Assembly (NCBI GenBank): GCA_965248435.1
Contig: OZ252100.1
Coordinates: forward strand, 4,032,001 to 4,096,000
Length of the DNA stretch: 64,000 nt
Origin: Candidatus Latescibacterota bacterium
Lineage (GTDB): Bacteria > Latescibacterota > UBA2968 > GCA-2709665
Reading direction: 5' to 3'
Shown here: in pieces, positions 17,638 to 26,943 of the stretch
Layout: the number at the start of each line of letters is the position of its first letter
Numbering within the stretch: the stretch's first letter is position 1
Position numbers and translations under genes: made by a program
The notes under the pieces: model-generated
What the model saw: only the letters and a program-made list of their open reading frames with translations
Told to the model about the DNA's origin: nothing
The model's database searches: none

Positions 17638-19143
17638 ATGGACATATCTGTTACGATCGGTAATATCCTGGAAACGGAAGCGGACGGGATCGTTCTGAAC
17701 CTGTTTGATGGCGTAGAGGAACCGGACGGTGCGACAGGGGCTGCGGACACGGCACTCAACGGCGCGATTCGGGAACTGATCTCGGGCGGGGATTTCAGGG
17801 GAAAGTTCAAGACGACGTCTGTGCTCTACCCGCAATCCGGCGTGACGGCCAAGCGCGTGATCCTGGTCGGCCTCGGAAAGGAGGCGGATTTCACGCTGGA
17901 CCGGGCGAGGCAGACGGCGGCCGTTGCCGCCAAGACCGCGAAGGGGCTGGGGGTGAGACATCTGGCCACGATCGTTCACGGCGGAGGAGTAGGGGGGTTG
18001 GACCCGGGGGACGCGGCACAGGCCGTTGTGGAAGGGAGCGTCCTGGGGACCTATAAGTTCTCTGTCTACAAGACGGGCGGTGAGGACGAAGACAAGAAGG
18101 AACTGGAGCGCCTGACTGTCGTGGAGTTCGACGCCGCAAAGCAGAGCGACGTGGAGGAAGGGACGCGTGTCGGAGAGATCGTTTCAGAGGGCGTCACCCT
18201 GGCCCGGGACCTGGCCAACCATCCCGGGAACGAGATGACGCCCTCCGTCCTGGCGGAGCGGTCGAGAGAGATGGCGGAGGCCGTCGGGCTTCGGTGCGAG
18301 GTACTGGACGAGGAGGCGATGGAGAAAGAAGGGATGGGCGCACTCCTCGCCGTGGCCCGCGGGAGTGATCAGCCTCCAAGATTTATCGTGATGGAGCACG
18401 AGGGGAATCGATCGAAGGACCAACCCATCGTCCTGGTCGGAAAGGGGATCACGTTCGACACGGGAGGAATCTCCATCAAGCGGTCCAGCGGGATGTGGGA
18501 CATGAAGTTCGACATGTGCGGTGCGGCCGCGGTGATCGGGGCGATGCAGGCGATCGCGCGGCTGGATCTCCCGGTGCGGACGATCGGCATCGTGGCCGCA
18601 TCCGAAAACATGCCGAGCAGCCAGGCGCTTAAACCGGGGGACATCATCCGCTCTATGCTCGGAAAGACGATCGAGATCAGAAGTACGGACGCCGAGGGGC
18701 GGCTTGTCCTCGCGGACGCGGTCGCGTACGCTGCACGCTACAAACCGGCCGCACTGGTGGATCTGGCGACGCTGACCGGGGCGTGCGTAACTGCGCTGGG
18801 TCACGAGGCATCCGGAATGATGGCCAACGACGACGCACTCGCGGAAAGGGTCAGCCGATCCGGGGAGCGTACGGGTGAGATCGCCTGGCGTCTGCCCATC
18901 TTCGAGGAACATCGCGAGCAGATCAAGGGCGACACTGCAGACCTCAAGAACAGCGGCGGACCTGCCGGCGCGATTGCGGGCGGGGCGTTCATCGAGGCCT
19001 TCGTTCAGGACTTCCCCTGGGCCCACCTCGACATCGCTGGAACGGCGTGGTCGGATGGTAAGAAGCCTTATATCTCTAAAGGGGGAACGGGATTCGGGGT
19101 GCGGCTGCTGGTGGATATGATAAGGCGGACCGCAGACGACTGA
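17638..19143 (+). CDS. pepA: Leucyl aminopeptidase (M17)
   Basis: VGKGITFDTGG, MKFDMCG, TDAEGRL, ATLTGA, WAHLDIAGT. Confidence 0.95.
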   Translation: MDISVTIGNILETEADGIVLNLFDGVEEPDGATGAADTALNGAIRELISGGDFRGKFKTTSVLYPQSGVTAKRVILVGLGKEADFTLDRARQTAAVAAKTAKGLGVRHLATIVHGGGVGGLDPGDAAQAVVEGSVLGTYKFSVYKTGGEDEDKKELERLTVVEFDAAKQSDVEEGTRVGEIVSEGVTLARDLANHPGNEMTPSVLAERSREMAEAVGLRCEVLDEEAMEKEGMGALLAVARGSDQPPRFIVMEHEGNRSKDQPIVLVGKGITFDTGGISIKRSSGMWDMKFDMCGAAAVIGAMQAIARLDLPVRTIGIVAASENMPSSQALKPGDIIRSMLGKTIEIRSTDAEGRLVLADAVAYAARYKPAALVDLATLTGACVTALGHEASGMMANDDALAERVSRSGERTGEIAWRLPIFEEHREQIKGDTADLKNSGGPAGAIAGGAFIEAFVQDFPWAHLDIAGTAWSDGKKPYISKGGTGFGVRLLVDMIRRTADD

Positions 19144-19303
19144 CCGCAGACCGCGGAATAGAACCTCTTGCTGCCTCGCCGGCGCTCGGCATCCCGGCGG
19201 CGAAATGGTCGAACTGCAGCCGTCACACTTGGATATCGGTTATTGGATGTTAGACACTGGGTACTGAAAAAGCTTCTGGCGCGGGAAAGCCAGCTTTCAA
19301 CAG

Positions 19304-19385
19304 AAAACCACCGACTGGTCGAAGCCGGTGGTTTCCCAATTCATTCCCTTTACCCAATTGTGGGAGAGGGTCAGGGGTGAGGGCC
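19304..19385. repeat. Intergenic hairpin plus CCCTCACCC/GGGAGAGGG-type palindromic repeat
   Basis: AAACCACCG...CGGTGGTTT hairpin, then TGGGAGAGGGTCAGGGGTGAGGGCC, between convergent genes. Confidence 0.6.
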
Positions 19386-19387
19386 GT

Positions 19388-19912
19388 TCACTCCACTTCG
19401 TCTCCCAGGATGCCGAACTGAATGCCGACGTGAACGCCCCAGACGTCCTCCTCGTTCTCTCCACTTCCGCTAACCGCACGCGAGTAGCGGGACTGGACGA
19501 AGAAGCCAGCCTTATCGCTCAGAGCGAAGGAGATCCCTCCCCCGGCCGCGCCCATCGCCTTCGTTCCTGAACCGTCGAAGCCTGTTATCGGATCTTCCGG
19601 CAGGCCATCGACGATCATGACGCCAAGGCCGACGCCAAAATAGATCGTCCCACCGAACTCACCGAAGGGGGCCTTGTAAAGCAGCGATGCCCCTATGGGC
19701 ATGCGAGTTCCGTCTTTGCTGTAATACTCGACAAAGGGCGCGGCGTAGGTCGAGTACTCTTCACTCAGCGGAATCTCGATCGAAGCGTGTCCGCCTCCTC
19801 CGGTCGGGTTGATCATGACCCCGCCGCCGAATTTGAAGGTTACACCTTCCGAATCGGCCGCCGTCGACACCAGGAGAGCTGCCACCCAACCGGCCAGGAT
19901 CTTCTTCCTCAT
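19388..19912 (-). CDS. Small outer-membrane beta-barrel protein
   Basis: Signal peptide, glycine-rich alternating beta-strands (IYFGVGLG, GVHVGIQF). Confidence 0.7.
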   Translation of the reverse strand: MRKKILAGWVAALLVSTAADSEGVTFKFGGGVMINPTGGGGHASIEIPLSEEYSTYAAPFVEYYSKDGTRMPIGASLLYKAPFGEFGGTIYFGVGLGVMIVDGLPEDPITGFDGSGTKAMGAAGGGISFALSDKAGFFVQSRYSRAVSGSGENEEDVWGVHVGIQFGILGDEVE

Positions 19913-20026
19913 CGCGTCCTCTACTTTCTGAGGGGCATGCTTGATATGGACAAAGACTTAGTGCACGGTAATGAATATTCAAGAAAAGGACAATAAAAAG
20001 CAAACGGAAAAGGTCCGAAGTCGCGG

Positions 20027-20055
20027 TTGATGAAGTGGGAACCAGGGGCTATATT
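20027..20055 (+). promoter_or_regulatory. Sigma70-type promoter for the phosphatase-epmA pair
   Basis: TTGATG-17 nt-TATATT, followed by AAGGAG Shine-Dalgarno and TTG start at 20078. Confidence 0.55.
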
Positions 20056-20077
20056 ACCGCGCACAAGGAGATTCAAA

Positions 20078-20719
20078 TTGGCAACCGATCTACTTATGAC
20101 CTGTCACGGGCGATCGGCACGGGACCAGGGTGGACATGTCCTCGGCTGGTGGGCCGATGTATCGCTGTCTCGCGAGGGCTGCCGACAGGCGATCAGGCTG
20201 GGAGGGCGGCTTCTGGAAACGTATGATGTCGAGGCCATCTATGCGAGTCCCATGCGTCGCGCGCGCGAGACCGCCGAAATCTTATCCCAGATGGTGAAGG
20301 TGGTCCCTACCGAGGAGGGCGACCTCAGAGAGCTCGACAGTGGTGTTCTGTCGTCCCTCACTTTCGATGAGGCCAAAAGCCGATATCCTGACCTGATGCG
20401 ACACGATGGGCTGCCCGGAGACTGCCCAATCCCGCGAGGGGAGTCCTACGCCGAGCTTCACGGGCGCGTGGAGCAGGTCGTCAATCGGATCGTCGGGAGA
20501 CATCCTGAGGAGCAAGTGGTGGTCATCACACACGGCGGTCCGATTGGGGCTTACCTGAATGCTTTCCTGGGGTATACTGGAGCGACGCACGGGTCGCCCC
20601 GCTTTTCCTGCGATGCCGCCTCGCTGCATCATTTGCGATTCAGCGAACGAGAGAGGACAGTGGTGAGATTGAACGATACGGCGCATCTGATGGACTTGCC
20701 CGTCGAGTCGGCGGCGTGA
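20078..20719 (+). CDS. Histidine phosphatase (phosphoglycerate mutase) family protein
   Basis: CHG (RHG-like), SPMRRARETA, LRELDSG, GES, THGG, LNDTAHL. Confidence 0.85.
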   Translation: MATDLLMTCHGRSARDQGGHVLGWWADVSLSREGCRQAIRLGGRLLETYDVEAIYASPMRRARETAEILSQMVKVVPTEEGDLRELDSGVLSSLTFDEAKSRYPDLMRHDGLPGDCPIPRGESYAELHGRVEQVVNRIVGRHPEEQVVVITHGGPIGAYLNAFLGYTGATHGSPRFSCDAASLHHLRFSERERTVVRLNDTAHLMDLPVESAA

Positions 20720-22002
20720 AGGTCCAGAATCCCAATCCCTATCCTTCACGGTGCCGTCGAACCCGGTGCATCTCCGATCTCAGCGAAGGGGAACGGGCGA
20801 CACTGGCGGGTCGGATTGTCGGGTTCAGATCTGGATGGCTCCTGTCCGATGAAACGGGGGAGGCCCAAGTCACCCTGGTCGATGGCTCGGACTCGCTTCA
20901 CGTCGGGGATATCGTCGAGATGGACGGGGTCTGGCGTGCCGCACGATTCGAGGCATCAGAGGTTCGGATGCTTGCTCGCGCACTGCGGGCGCCGAAATCA
21001 CTTTCCCCTAACGTGGGCGAAAATCTGAAGGTCCGGGCACGGGCCCTTTCTCGGATCCGCAGCTTTTTCGAAACGGGGGGATTCGTGGAGGTGGAGACTC
21101 CGACGCTGGTCCCCTGTCCGGGCATGGAGCCGCATCTGACGGCCTTCGAGACGGCCTACGGAGATCGAGGTCAGGAGCGGCGCCTCTTTCTGCATACCTC
21201 TCCCGAATATGGAATGAAACGGTTACTGGGCGCGGGGTTCGAACGGATATTTCAGATTTGCAAAGCCTTTCGCCACGAGGCAGCGGGCGCGATGCACAAT
21301 CCCGAGTTCACGATCCTGGAATGGTACCGCGCCTATGCTGACTATGAGGCGATCATGGCCGATTCGGAGGCCCTCGTCTACGAGCTGGCGATGGAAATCA
21401 ACGAGACTCCGCACGTTCGCTACAAGGGTCGGACGGTGGACGTGACGCCCCCTTGGGAGCGGCTCAGCCTGGGTGAGGCCTTCGCTCGCTATGCGGGCAT
21501 TGAGATCGATCCGGGCGGAGATCCGGAGCGGTTCGTGGGCTCAGCGCGCGAGAACGGTCACGTCTCGGTCACCTGCGATGACGGATACGAGTCGGCTTTT
21601 TTCAAGGTTTTCCTGGATCGTGTGGAAGGTCAACTGGGCCGGGAAAAACCGACGATTCTTACCGATTATCCTGCTGATATGGCCGCGCTTGCGAAGCTGA
21701 AGCCAGGGCGGCCCGATCTGGCGGAGCGGTTCGAGATCTACATCGCGGGTGTCGAGCTGGCAAACGGGTTCACGGAGCTGAACGATCCTGCCGAACAACG
21801 GGTTCGATTCGAGACGGAGGCGCTCGAGCGTCGGTCCAACGGGTCTTCCGTGTATCCGGTGGATGAAGCGTTCCTCGAGGCGATGGAGGCGGGGATCCCC
21901 CCAGCGGGTGGGATCGCCATGGGCGTAGACCGGCTCGTTATGCTTCTTACGGGGGCGAAGACGATCGGTGAGGTTATTGCTTTTCCATTCTGTGAACAAT
22001 AG
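20716..22002 (+). CDS. epmA: EF-P lysine aminoacylase EpmA/GenX with N-terminal OB-fold extension
   Basis: EVETP, PGMEPHL, LHTSPEYGMKRLL, HNPEFTILEWYR, ERFE, GVELANGFTELND, GIAMGVDRL. Confidence 0.88.
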   Translation: MKVQNPNPYPSRCRRTRCISDLSEGERATLAGRIVGFRSGWLLSDETGEAQVTLVDGSDSLHVGDIVEMDGVWRAARFEASEVRMLARALRAPKSLSPNVGENLKVRARALSRIRSFFETGGFVEVETPTLVPCPGMEPHLTAFETAYGDRGQERRLFLHTSPEYGMKRLLGAGFERIFQICKAFRHEAAGAMHNPEFTILEWYRAYADYEAIMADSEALVYELAMEINETPHVRYKGRTVDVTPPWERLSLGEAFARYAGIEIDPGGDPERFVGSARENGHVSVTCDDGYESAFFKVFLDRVEGQLGREKPTILTDYPADMAALAKLKPGRPDLAERFEIYIAGVELANGFTELNDPAEQRVRFETEALERRSNGSSVYPVDEAFLEAMEAGIPPAGGIAMGVDRLVMLLTGAKTIGEVIAFPFCEQ

Positions 22003-22034
22003 CGTAGAAGCGTATCTCGTATTTCGTATCTCGT

Positions 22035-22124
22035 GGCCCTCACCCACAACCCCGCTCCCTCGTTTCAGTGCTCGCATAACTGTTTCATCAGTATGTACTC
22101 TCACCCACACGTGGGAGAGGGGAG
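22035..22124 (-). repeat. CCCTCACCC/CCCCTCTCCC-family palindromic repeat with CTGATGA-N18-GAAAC insert
   Basis: Reverse complement closely matches 36009-36098. Confidence 0.8.
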
Positions 22125-22168
22125 AAAACCTCTAACGCACTAGAAGTAAATAAACTGAGGAGAATTCT

Positions 22169-22912
22169 ATGGGTAAACTAGAAGGTAAGGTCGCGCTCGT
22201 TACGGGCGGCGGGACAGGGATCGGGCGGGCCACTGCGCTGGCCTTTGCCAGGGAAGGGATCGATGTCGCGGTCAACTACTCTCGATCGAAGGCGGAGGCG
22301 GAGGCGACCGCGGCAGAGATCGAAGGGCTTGATCGGAAAGCCCTGGCGGTGTGCGCGGACGTATCGGACGACGCAGCCGTGAGGCAGATGGTGGACGGGG
22401 TGGCCTCCGAGCTGGGTCGGCTGGACATCCTGTTCAACAACGCGGGATGGACCAAATTCGTACCGCTCGAGGATCTCGAAGGCCTGAACGACGATGCCTG
22501 GGATCGATGCTTCGACGTGAATGCGAAAGGGACCTTCTACTGTTCTCGGGCCGCAGTGCCGAAAATGAAGGCGAACGGGGCGGGACAGATTGTGAATACC
22601 GCCTCGATCGCCGGGCTGATCGGGCGTGGGAGTTCGATGGCGTATGCCGCCTCCAAGGCGGCCGTGATTTCCCTGACGAAGTCGCTCGCAATCGTGCTGG
22701 CCCCGGAGATCCGCGTGAACGCCATCTTGCCCGGCGTCGTAGACACGCGGTGGATGGTCGGTATGGAGTCGTTCATGGAGGCCAATGTGCAGGCGACACC
22801 GTTGAAGAAAGGGGCTCAACCGGAGGATGTCGCGGAGGTGGTGATGGCGGTGGTCCGCAGCGACATGATGACCGGGCAGAATCTGGTTGTGGATGGTGGG
22901 CGGACACTTTGA
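22169..22912 (+). CDS. Short-chain dehydrogenase/reductase
   Basis: [28 protein letters not shown]. Confidence 0.95.
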   Translation: MGKLEGKVALVTGGGTGIGRATALAFAREGIDVAVNYSRSKAEAEATAAEIEGLDRKALAVCADVSDDAAVRQMVDGVASELGRLDILFNNAGWTKFVPLEDLEGLNDDAWDRCFDVNAKGTFYCSRAAVPKMKANGAGQIVNTASIAGLIGRGSSMAYAASKAAVISLTKSLAIVLAPEIRVNAILPGVVDTRWMVGMESFMEANVQATPLKKGAQPEDVAEVVMAVVRSDMMTGQNLVVDGGRTL

Positions 22913-22956
22913 GGGGAAGATTTTTCCATAATGGGAAATTCTGTCCCAAATCGGGC

Positions 22957-22985
22957 TTGATTTCATCTTCCGCCCGACCTATATT
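22957..22985 (+). promoter_or_regulatory. Sigma70-type promoter for the two-component operon
   Basis: TTGATT-17 nt-TATATT. Confidence 0.55.
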
Positions 22986-23088
22986 AAGTTGTGAATGGAC
23001 AGTAAGTTAGTTAATCCCCCGACAGCATGGTTTCTCGTTTGCTCAACTGCTAAGCGTCTCCATCCTCCCGCCTCACTACAGGACTCCC

Positions 23089-23637
23089 TTGGCCGGCGAA
23101 TCCCTCCTTATTGTTGAGGACGACCCCTTTATGCGGGAACTCCTATCTGAGTCTTTGAGTGAGGCGGGTTATCAAACCAAGACGGCCGAGAATGGGGCGG
23201 AGACCCGATCTCTTCTTCCCCGAAATGAGTTTGACGTTGCCCTGATCGATCTGAGTCTCCCCGACGCGGACGGTATGCAACTTGTCGATGATATCTCCGA
23301 GGCCTCCTCTGAAGTCCAGATCATTATTCTCACCGGATACCCCAGCATTGAATCCGCGATCGAAGCCCTCCGCAGAGGTGCACAGGATTACCTTGTCAAG
23401 CCTTTCAAGATCCCCGAAGTCCAGGCCGCCATCGCGCGCGCCCTCAAGAATCAAAAACTGCAAACCGAAGTTCGGGGTCTCCGACGACAGGTCCGCGACC
23501 TGGAGCAAGAGGTGAGCAGGCTTACGGCAGGTGGGGCGCAACCTACGAACCCACGCCCAGTTCAGCTGCCCGGGGCCTACGGCGGTGCGACCCCTCCGCG
23601 CGTTCCAGGCACACAACCGGGAGGGACCCCAGAGTGA
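23089..23637 (+). CDS. Response regulator receiver domain with coiled coil and Pro-rich tail (no DNA-binding domain)
   Basis: LIVEDD, DLSLPDADG, LTG, YLVKP. Confidence 0.85.
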   Translation: MAGESLLIVEDDPFMRELLSESLSEAGYQTKTAENGAETRSLLPRNEFDVALIDLSLPDADGMQLVDDISEASSEVQIIILTGYPSIESAIEALRRGAQDYLVKPFKIPEVQAAIARALKNQKLQTEVRGLRRQVRDLEQEVSRLTAGGAQPTNPRPVQLPGAYGGATPPRVPGTQPGGTPE

Positions 23638-24014
23638 ACCCGGCTGAGACCCTTAAAGAGCTTCGTTTGATGATCCATCAGGCCTCCGGGCTCGGAGAAG
23701 AGGTTTGCGCGATGCTCCAGGCAGGGGCCTCGCCCTCACGTTTCGTCCCCCTTCTGAAACAACAGATGCAGTATATCGATCGACTGCGCGGCAGGCTTCA
23801 CGAGTTCTCTTCGGAGGGATCGTCTGAGTTTCCAGACAGATTCCGCGGAGAGGTTGCAGGCCTAAGGGAGGGCATCGAGGGCCTCCTCGAGACGACCGAC
23901 GAGAATTACCAAGTCGCATCCCGGAAAGGGGTGCGACTGCAGGCATTCGGCGGGGGTCATTCCGCGCCGGACTACAGTGCCCGGACTACGGAGGGAAAAC
24001 GGGCCGATGTCTAA
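23634..24014 (+). CDS. Hypothetical helical protein
   Basis: GTGA overlap with the upstream stop and overlap with the downstream start; all-alpha composition. Confidence 0.6.
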   Translation: MNPAETLKELRLMIHQASGLGEEVCAMLQAGASPSRFVPLLKQQMQYIDRLRGRLHEFSSEGSSEFPDRFRGEVAGLREGIEGLLETTDENYQVASRKGVRLQAFGGGHSAPDYSARTTEGKRADV

Positions 24015-25278
24015 TCTCCAGGGAAGAGAACAGAAAGCGCTTACGGAGGCAGAAGTCGAGGCCTTTCTGGAGTCTTATTCCCTGTTTAACGACACCCTTT
24101 GCAGGTTGGAGCATTCCTACCGCGTCCTGGAAGGGCGGTTCGACTCGCTGAACCAGGAGCTGGAGGAGACCAATCGCCGACTTCAGGAAAGCCTGTCGGA
24201 GAAGGGGCGCATCAATCGTTATCTCACGGACATTCTGGAGAGCCTGGGTGGCGGTGTGGTGGCAGTGGATTCGGAGGGATTCATCACGCTTTTCAGTCGA
24301 GCAGCGTCCGAAATCCTTGGATTGAATGCCTCAGACGTTGTCGGACACCCATATAGCGAGGTTGTCGGTGACTGCGCTTCAGATATTCTGCATACCCTGG
24401 CCACTGGAGAATCGGCGCGGAGTGAGGAGAAGGTCCTCACCCGGTCGGACGGGCGACAGGTTCCGGTTCGATTCAATACCGCTCGCGTTCAGGGCGACGA
24501 TGGGGAAGTGGAAGGGGCGGTGGAAACCTTCGAGGATATTTCCAAGCTCAAAGAGCTTACCCGGCAGGTCAGCCGTGTAAGTACGCTTACCGCACTGGGG
24601 GAGATGGCCGCGACGGTCGCTCACGAAATTCGGAATCCGCTGGGCGGCATCGGAGGCTTTGCCGGGCTGCTCGAGCGCGACCTGTCGTTCGACGACCCGC
24701 GTCGTCGGCTGGTGAAAAAGGTGATCGAGGGCGTAGAGAGTTTGAACCGGATGGTGACCAATCTTCTGAACTATACTCGGCCGCTGCAGCTGAACAAGCG
24801 GCCGGTGGATCTCGTGCAGGTGGTTGAGGATTCGATCGGATTTTTCGAAATCGATGCCGGAAATCGACTGGAAAACGTTGAACTCGTGCGCAAGTATTCA
24901 GACTCAGAGGTTTCGTGCAACGTCGACCCGGAGCAGATCCAGCAAATCATGCTCAACCTGCTTCATAACGCCGTTCAAGTCATGCCGAGTGGGGGGTGTG
25001 TGAAAATCGGGCTTTCGGAGGTCGAAGGATCGATCGATTCCCGGACGTCACTCGACACGCAGTGCGTTTCGTTGAGCGTTTCTGACTCAGGTATCGGAAT
25101 GACAGAAGAGGTCAAAACCAAACTTTTCATGCCATTCTTCACGACGAAGGAGGACGGCAACGGACTTGGACTTGCAACAGCGAAGAAGGTTATCGAAGCC
25201 CACGGAGGCGAAATTCAGGTGGAAAGCGAACTCGATCGAGCGTCGGTCTTTACCATCTTTATCCCGAAGTCTCACTAA
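24007..25278 (+). CDS. PAS-domain histidine kinase (FleS/FlrB-like)
   Basis: Coiled-coil N-terminus, PAS, AHEIRNPL H-box, NLLHNA, DSGIG, FFTTK, GLGL. Confidence 0.92.
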   Translation: MSNLQGREQKALTEAEVEAFLESYSLFNDTLCRLEHSYRVLEGRFDSLNQELEETNRRLQESLSEKGRINRYLTDILESLGGGVVAVDSEGFITLFSRAASEILGLNASDVVGHPYSEVVGDCASDILHTLATGESARSEEKVLTRSDGRQVPVRFNTARVQGDDGEVEGAVETFEDISKLKELTRQVSRVSTLTALGEMAATVAHEIRNPLGGIGGFAGLLERDLSFDDPRRRLVKKVIEGVESLNRMVTNLLNYTRPLQLNKRPVDLVQVVEDSIGFFEIDAGNRLENVELVRKYSDSEVSCNVDPEQIQQIMLNLLHNAVQVMPSGGCVKIGLSEVEGSIDSRTSLDTQCVSLSVSDSGIGMTEEVKTKLFMPFFTTKEDGNGLGLATAKKVIEAHGGEIQVESELDRASVFTIFIPKSH

Positions 25279-25281
25279 AAG

Positions 25282-26691
25282 GTGAGGAATATGTCAGCGA
25301 AACAGATCCTGGTTGTGGATGATGATCCCCTGTTCCGTGATTTTCTGAGAGAGGCCCTCGCTTGGAGATCACATACGGTGGATGTGGTTGAAAGCGGTGA
25401 GGAAGCCCTTCGCCAGATGAAGGAAGTGGACTACGATCTCGTGCTTACGGACATCCGTATGCCGGGCATGAATGGGATCCAGGTGCTCGAAAAGGCCGGG
25501 AACCTGCAGCCTGATGCGAAGGTCGTTATGGTCACGGCCCACGCGACGGTGGCGAATGCCGTAGAGGCCATGCACAAGGGGGCGTTCGACTACATCGAGA
25601 AGGGGTGCTCGCTGGAGGAGATCGAGATCCGCGTGGACCGGGCGCTCGAAAACCAGCAGCTCAAGCAGGAGAACGTGCGACTTCGATCCGAGCTTCAAGA
25701 ACGCTACAGCTTCGGGAACATGGTGGGTAAGAGCCAGAAGATGGAGGATGTGTTCGAGCTGATCCAGATCGTATCCAAGAGCCGCTCGACCGTTCTGATC
25801 ACGGGCGAGAGTGGGACGGGAAAAGAACTCGTCGCGCGCGCGATCCATTACAGCAGCCCTCGACGGAACGGACCCTTCATCAAGCTCAACTGCGCCGCGC
25901 TGCCTCAGGACTTGATCGAGAGCGAACTGTTCGGTCACGAGAAGGGCGCATTTACGGGCGCTGTGAAACAGACGAAGGGACGGTTCGAGCTGGCGGACGG
26001 CGGCACGCTCCTGCTGGATGAAGTGAGCGAGATCAAGCCGCCGCTGCAGGCCAAGTTGCTCAGAGTGCTACAGGAAAGGGAATTCGAACGCGTAGGGAGC
26101 GGGACGCCGATGCAGGTCGACGTTCGAATCGTCGCCACGACGAACCGAAATCTCCGTGAGTGGATCGACCAGGGGGCATTCCGGGAGGACCTTTACTATC
26201 GTCTGAACGTCATCCCCCTCGGTCTGGCTTCGCTGCGCGAACGGAAAGACGACATTCCCCACCTCGTCAACCACTTCCTGGATAAATACAACAAAGAAAA
26301 CGAAAAGAACATTCTGGGTGTCACCGACGGGGGTATGGAGCGTCTAATGGCCTACGACTGGCCGGGAAACATCCGAGAATTGGAGAACTATATCGAGCGG
26401 GCCGTCGTGATCTGTCAGCAAGACCAGATCGGAGACGAACAGCTGCCGCTGGACGAACTGAACGGCAGATCGCAGGCGAAGCGAATCGAGGAAGGCCTGC
26501 AGGTGGGCTGGAGCGTTCGGGATATGGAGAAAAAATTGATTCTTAAGACGCTGGAGGCGTGCACGGGGAACCGGACTACCGCGGCGGACATGCTGGGGAT
26601 CAGTTCCAGGACCCTGCGAAACAAGCTTCACGAATACGGAATGGCCGGCGTCTTCCGGGGGGGCATCAGCCTGGAAGATGTAGCTCAATAG
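25282..26691 (+). CDS. Sigma54-dependent response regulator (NtrC family, FleR/FlrC-like)
   Basis: Receiver domain, GESGTGKE, GAFTGA, FREDLYYRL, WPGNIREL, Fis-type HTH RTLRNKL. Confidence 0.94.
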   Translation: MRNMSAKQILVVDDDPLFRDFLREALAWRSHTVDVVESGEEALRQMKEVDYDLVLTDIRMPGMNGIQVLEKAGNLQPDAKVVMVTAHATVANAVEAMHKGAFDYIEKGCSLEEIEIRVDRALENQQLKQENVRLRSELQERYSFGNMVGKSQKMEDVFELIQIVSKSRSTVLITGESGTGKELVARAIHYSSPRRNGPFIKLNCAALPQDLIESELFGHEKGAFTGAVKQTKGRFELADGGTLLLDEVSEIKPPLQAKLLRVLQEREFERVGSGTPMQVDVRIVATTNRNLREWIDQGAFREDLYYRLNVIPLGLASLRERKDDIPHLVNHFLDKYNKENEKNILGVTDGGMERLMAYDWPGNIRELENYIERAVVICQQDQIGDEQLPLDELNGRSQAKRIEEGLQVGWSVRDMEKKLILKTLEACTGNRTTAADMLGISSRTLRNKLHEYGMAGVFRGGISLEDVAQ

Positions 26692-26710
26692 AAGGCGAAA
26701 TGTTTTGCGA

Positions 26711-26744
26711 AAAGGGGGACACCAGAAGGTGTCCCCCTTTTTTT
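26711..26744 (+). terminator. Rho-independent terminator (likely bidirectional)
   Basis: AAA-GGGGGACACC-AGAA-GGTGTCCCCC-TTTTTTT. Confidence 0.9.
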
Positions 26745-26899
26745 ATATCACGGAAACTATGGGAGAATCGGCGAAGACACGGAAAGATTCGAGCGAGGTG
26801 CAAAGACTGTGAGATAGCGCTGGATCAGAAAGAGACCTTAAGCCGCGCGGAGGGCCACGGCACGGAGAAAAACAAAATGGATCGGGTACATGGAAACGT

Positions 26900-26921
26900 G
26901 TAGGGGCATGCCGTGCCCTAC
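26900..26921. repeat. GTAG-type REP palindrome
   Basis: GTAGGGGCATGCCGTGCCCTAC. Confidence 0.6.
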
Positions 26922-26943
26922 GGCTATCTTTCGTTGCGAATTC

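Noticed and set aside
20716-22002. Calling this gene lysS
   Set aside because: PGMEPHL, TSPEY-x-MKRLL and LEWYR are EpmA signatures; LysRS has RIAPEL-x-LK.
26693-26709. Sigma54 -24/-12 promoter (GG...TTGC)
   Set aside because: GG to GC spacing is 11 nt rather than 10, and it runs straight into a terminator.
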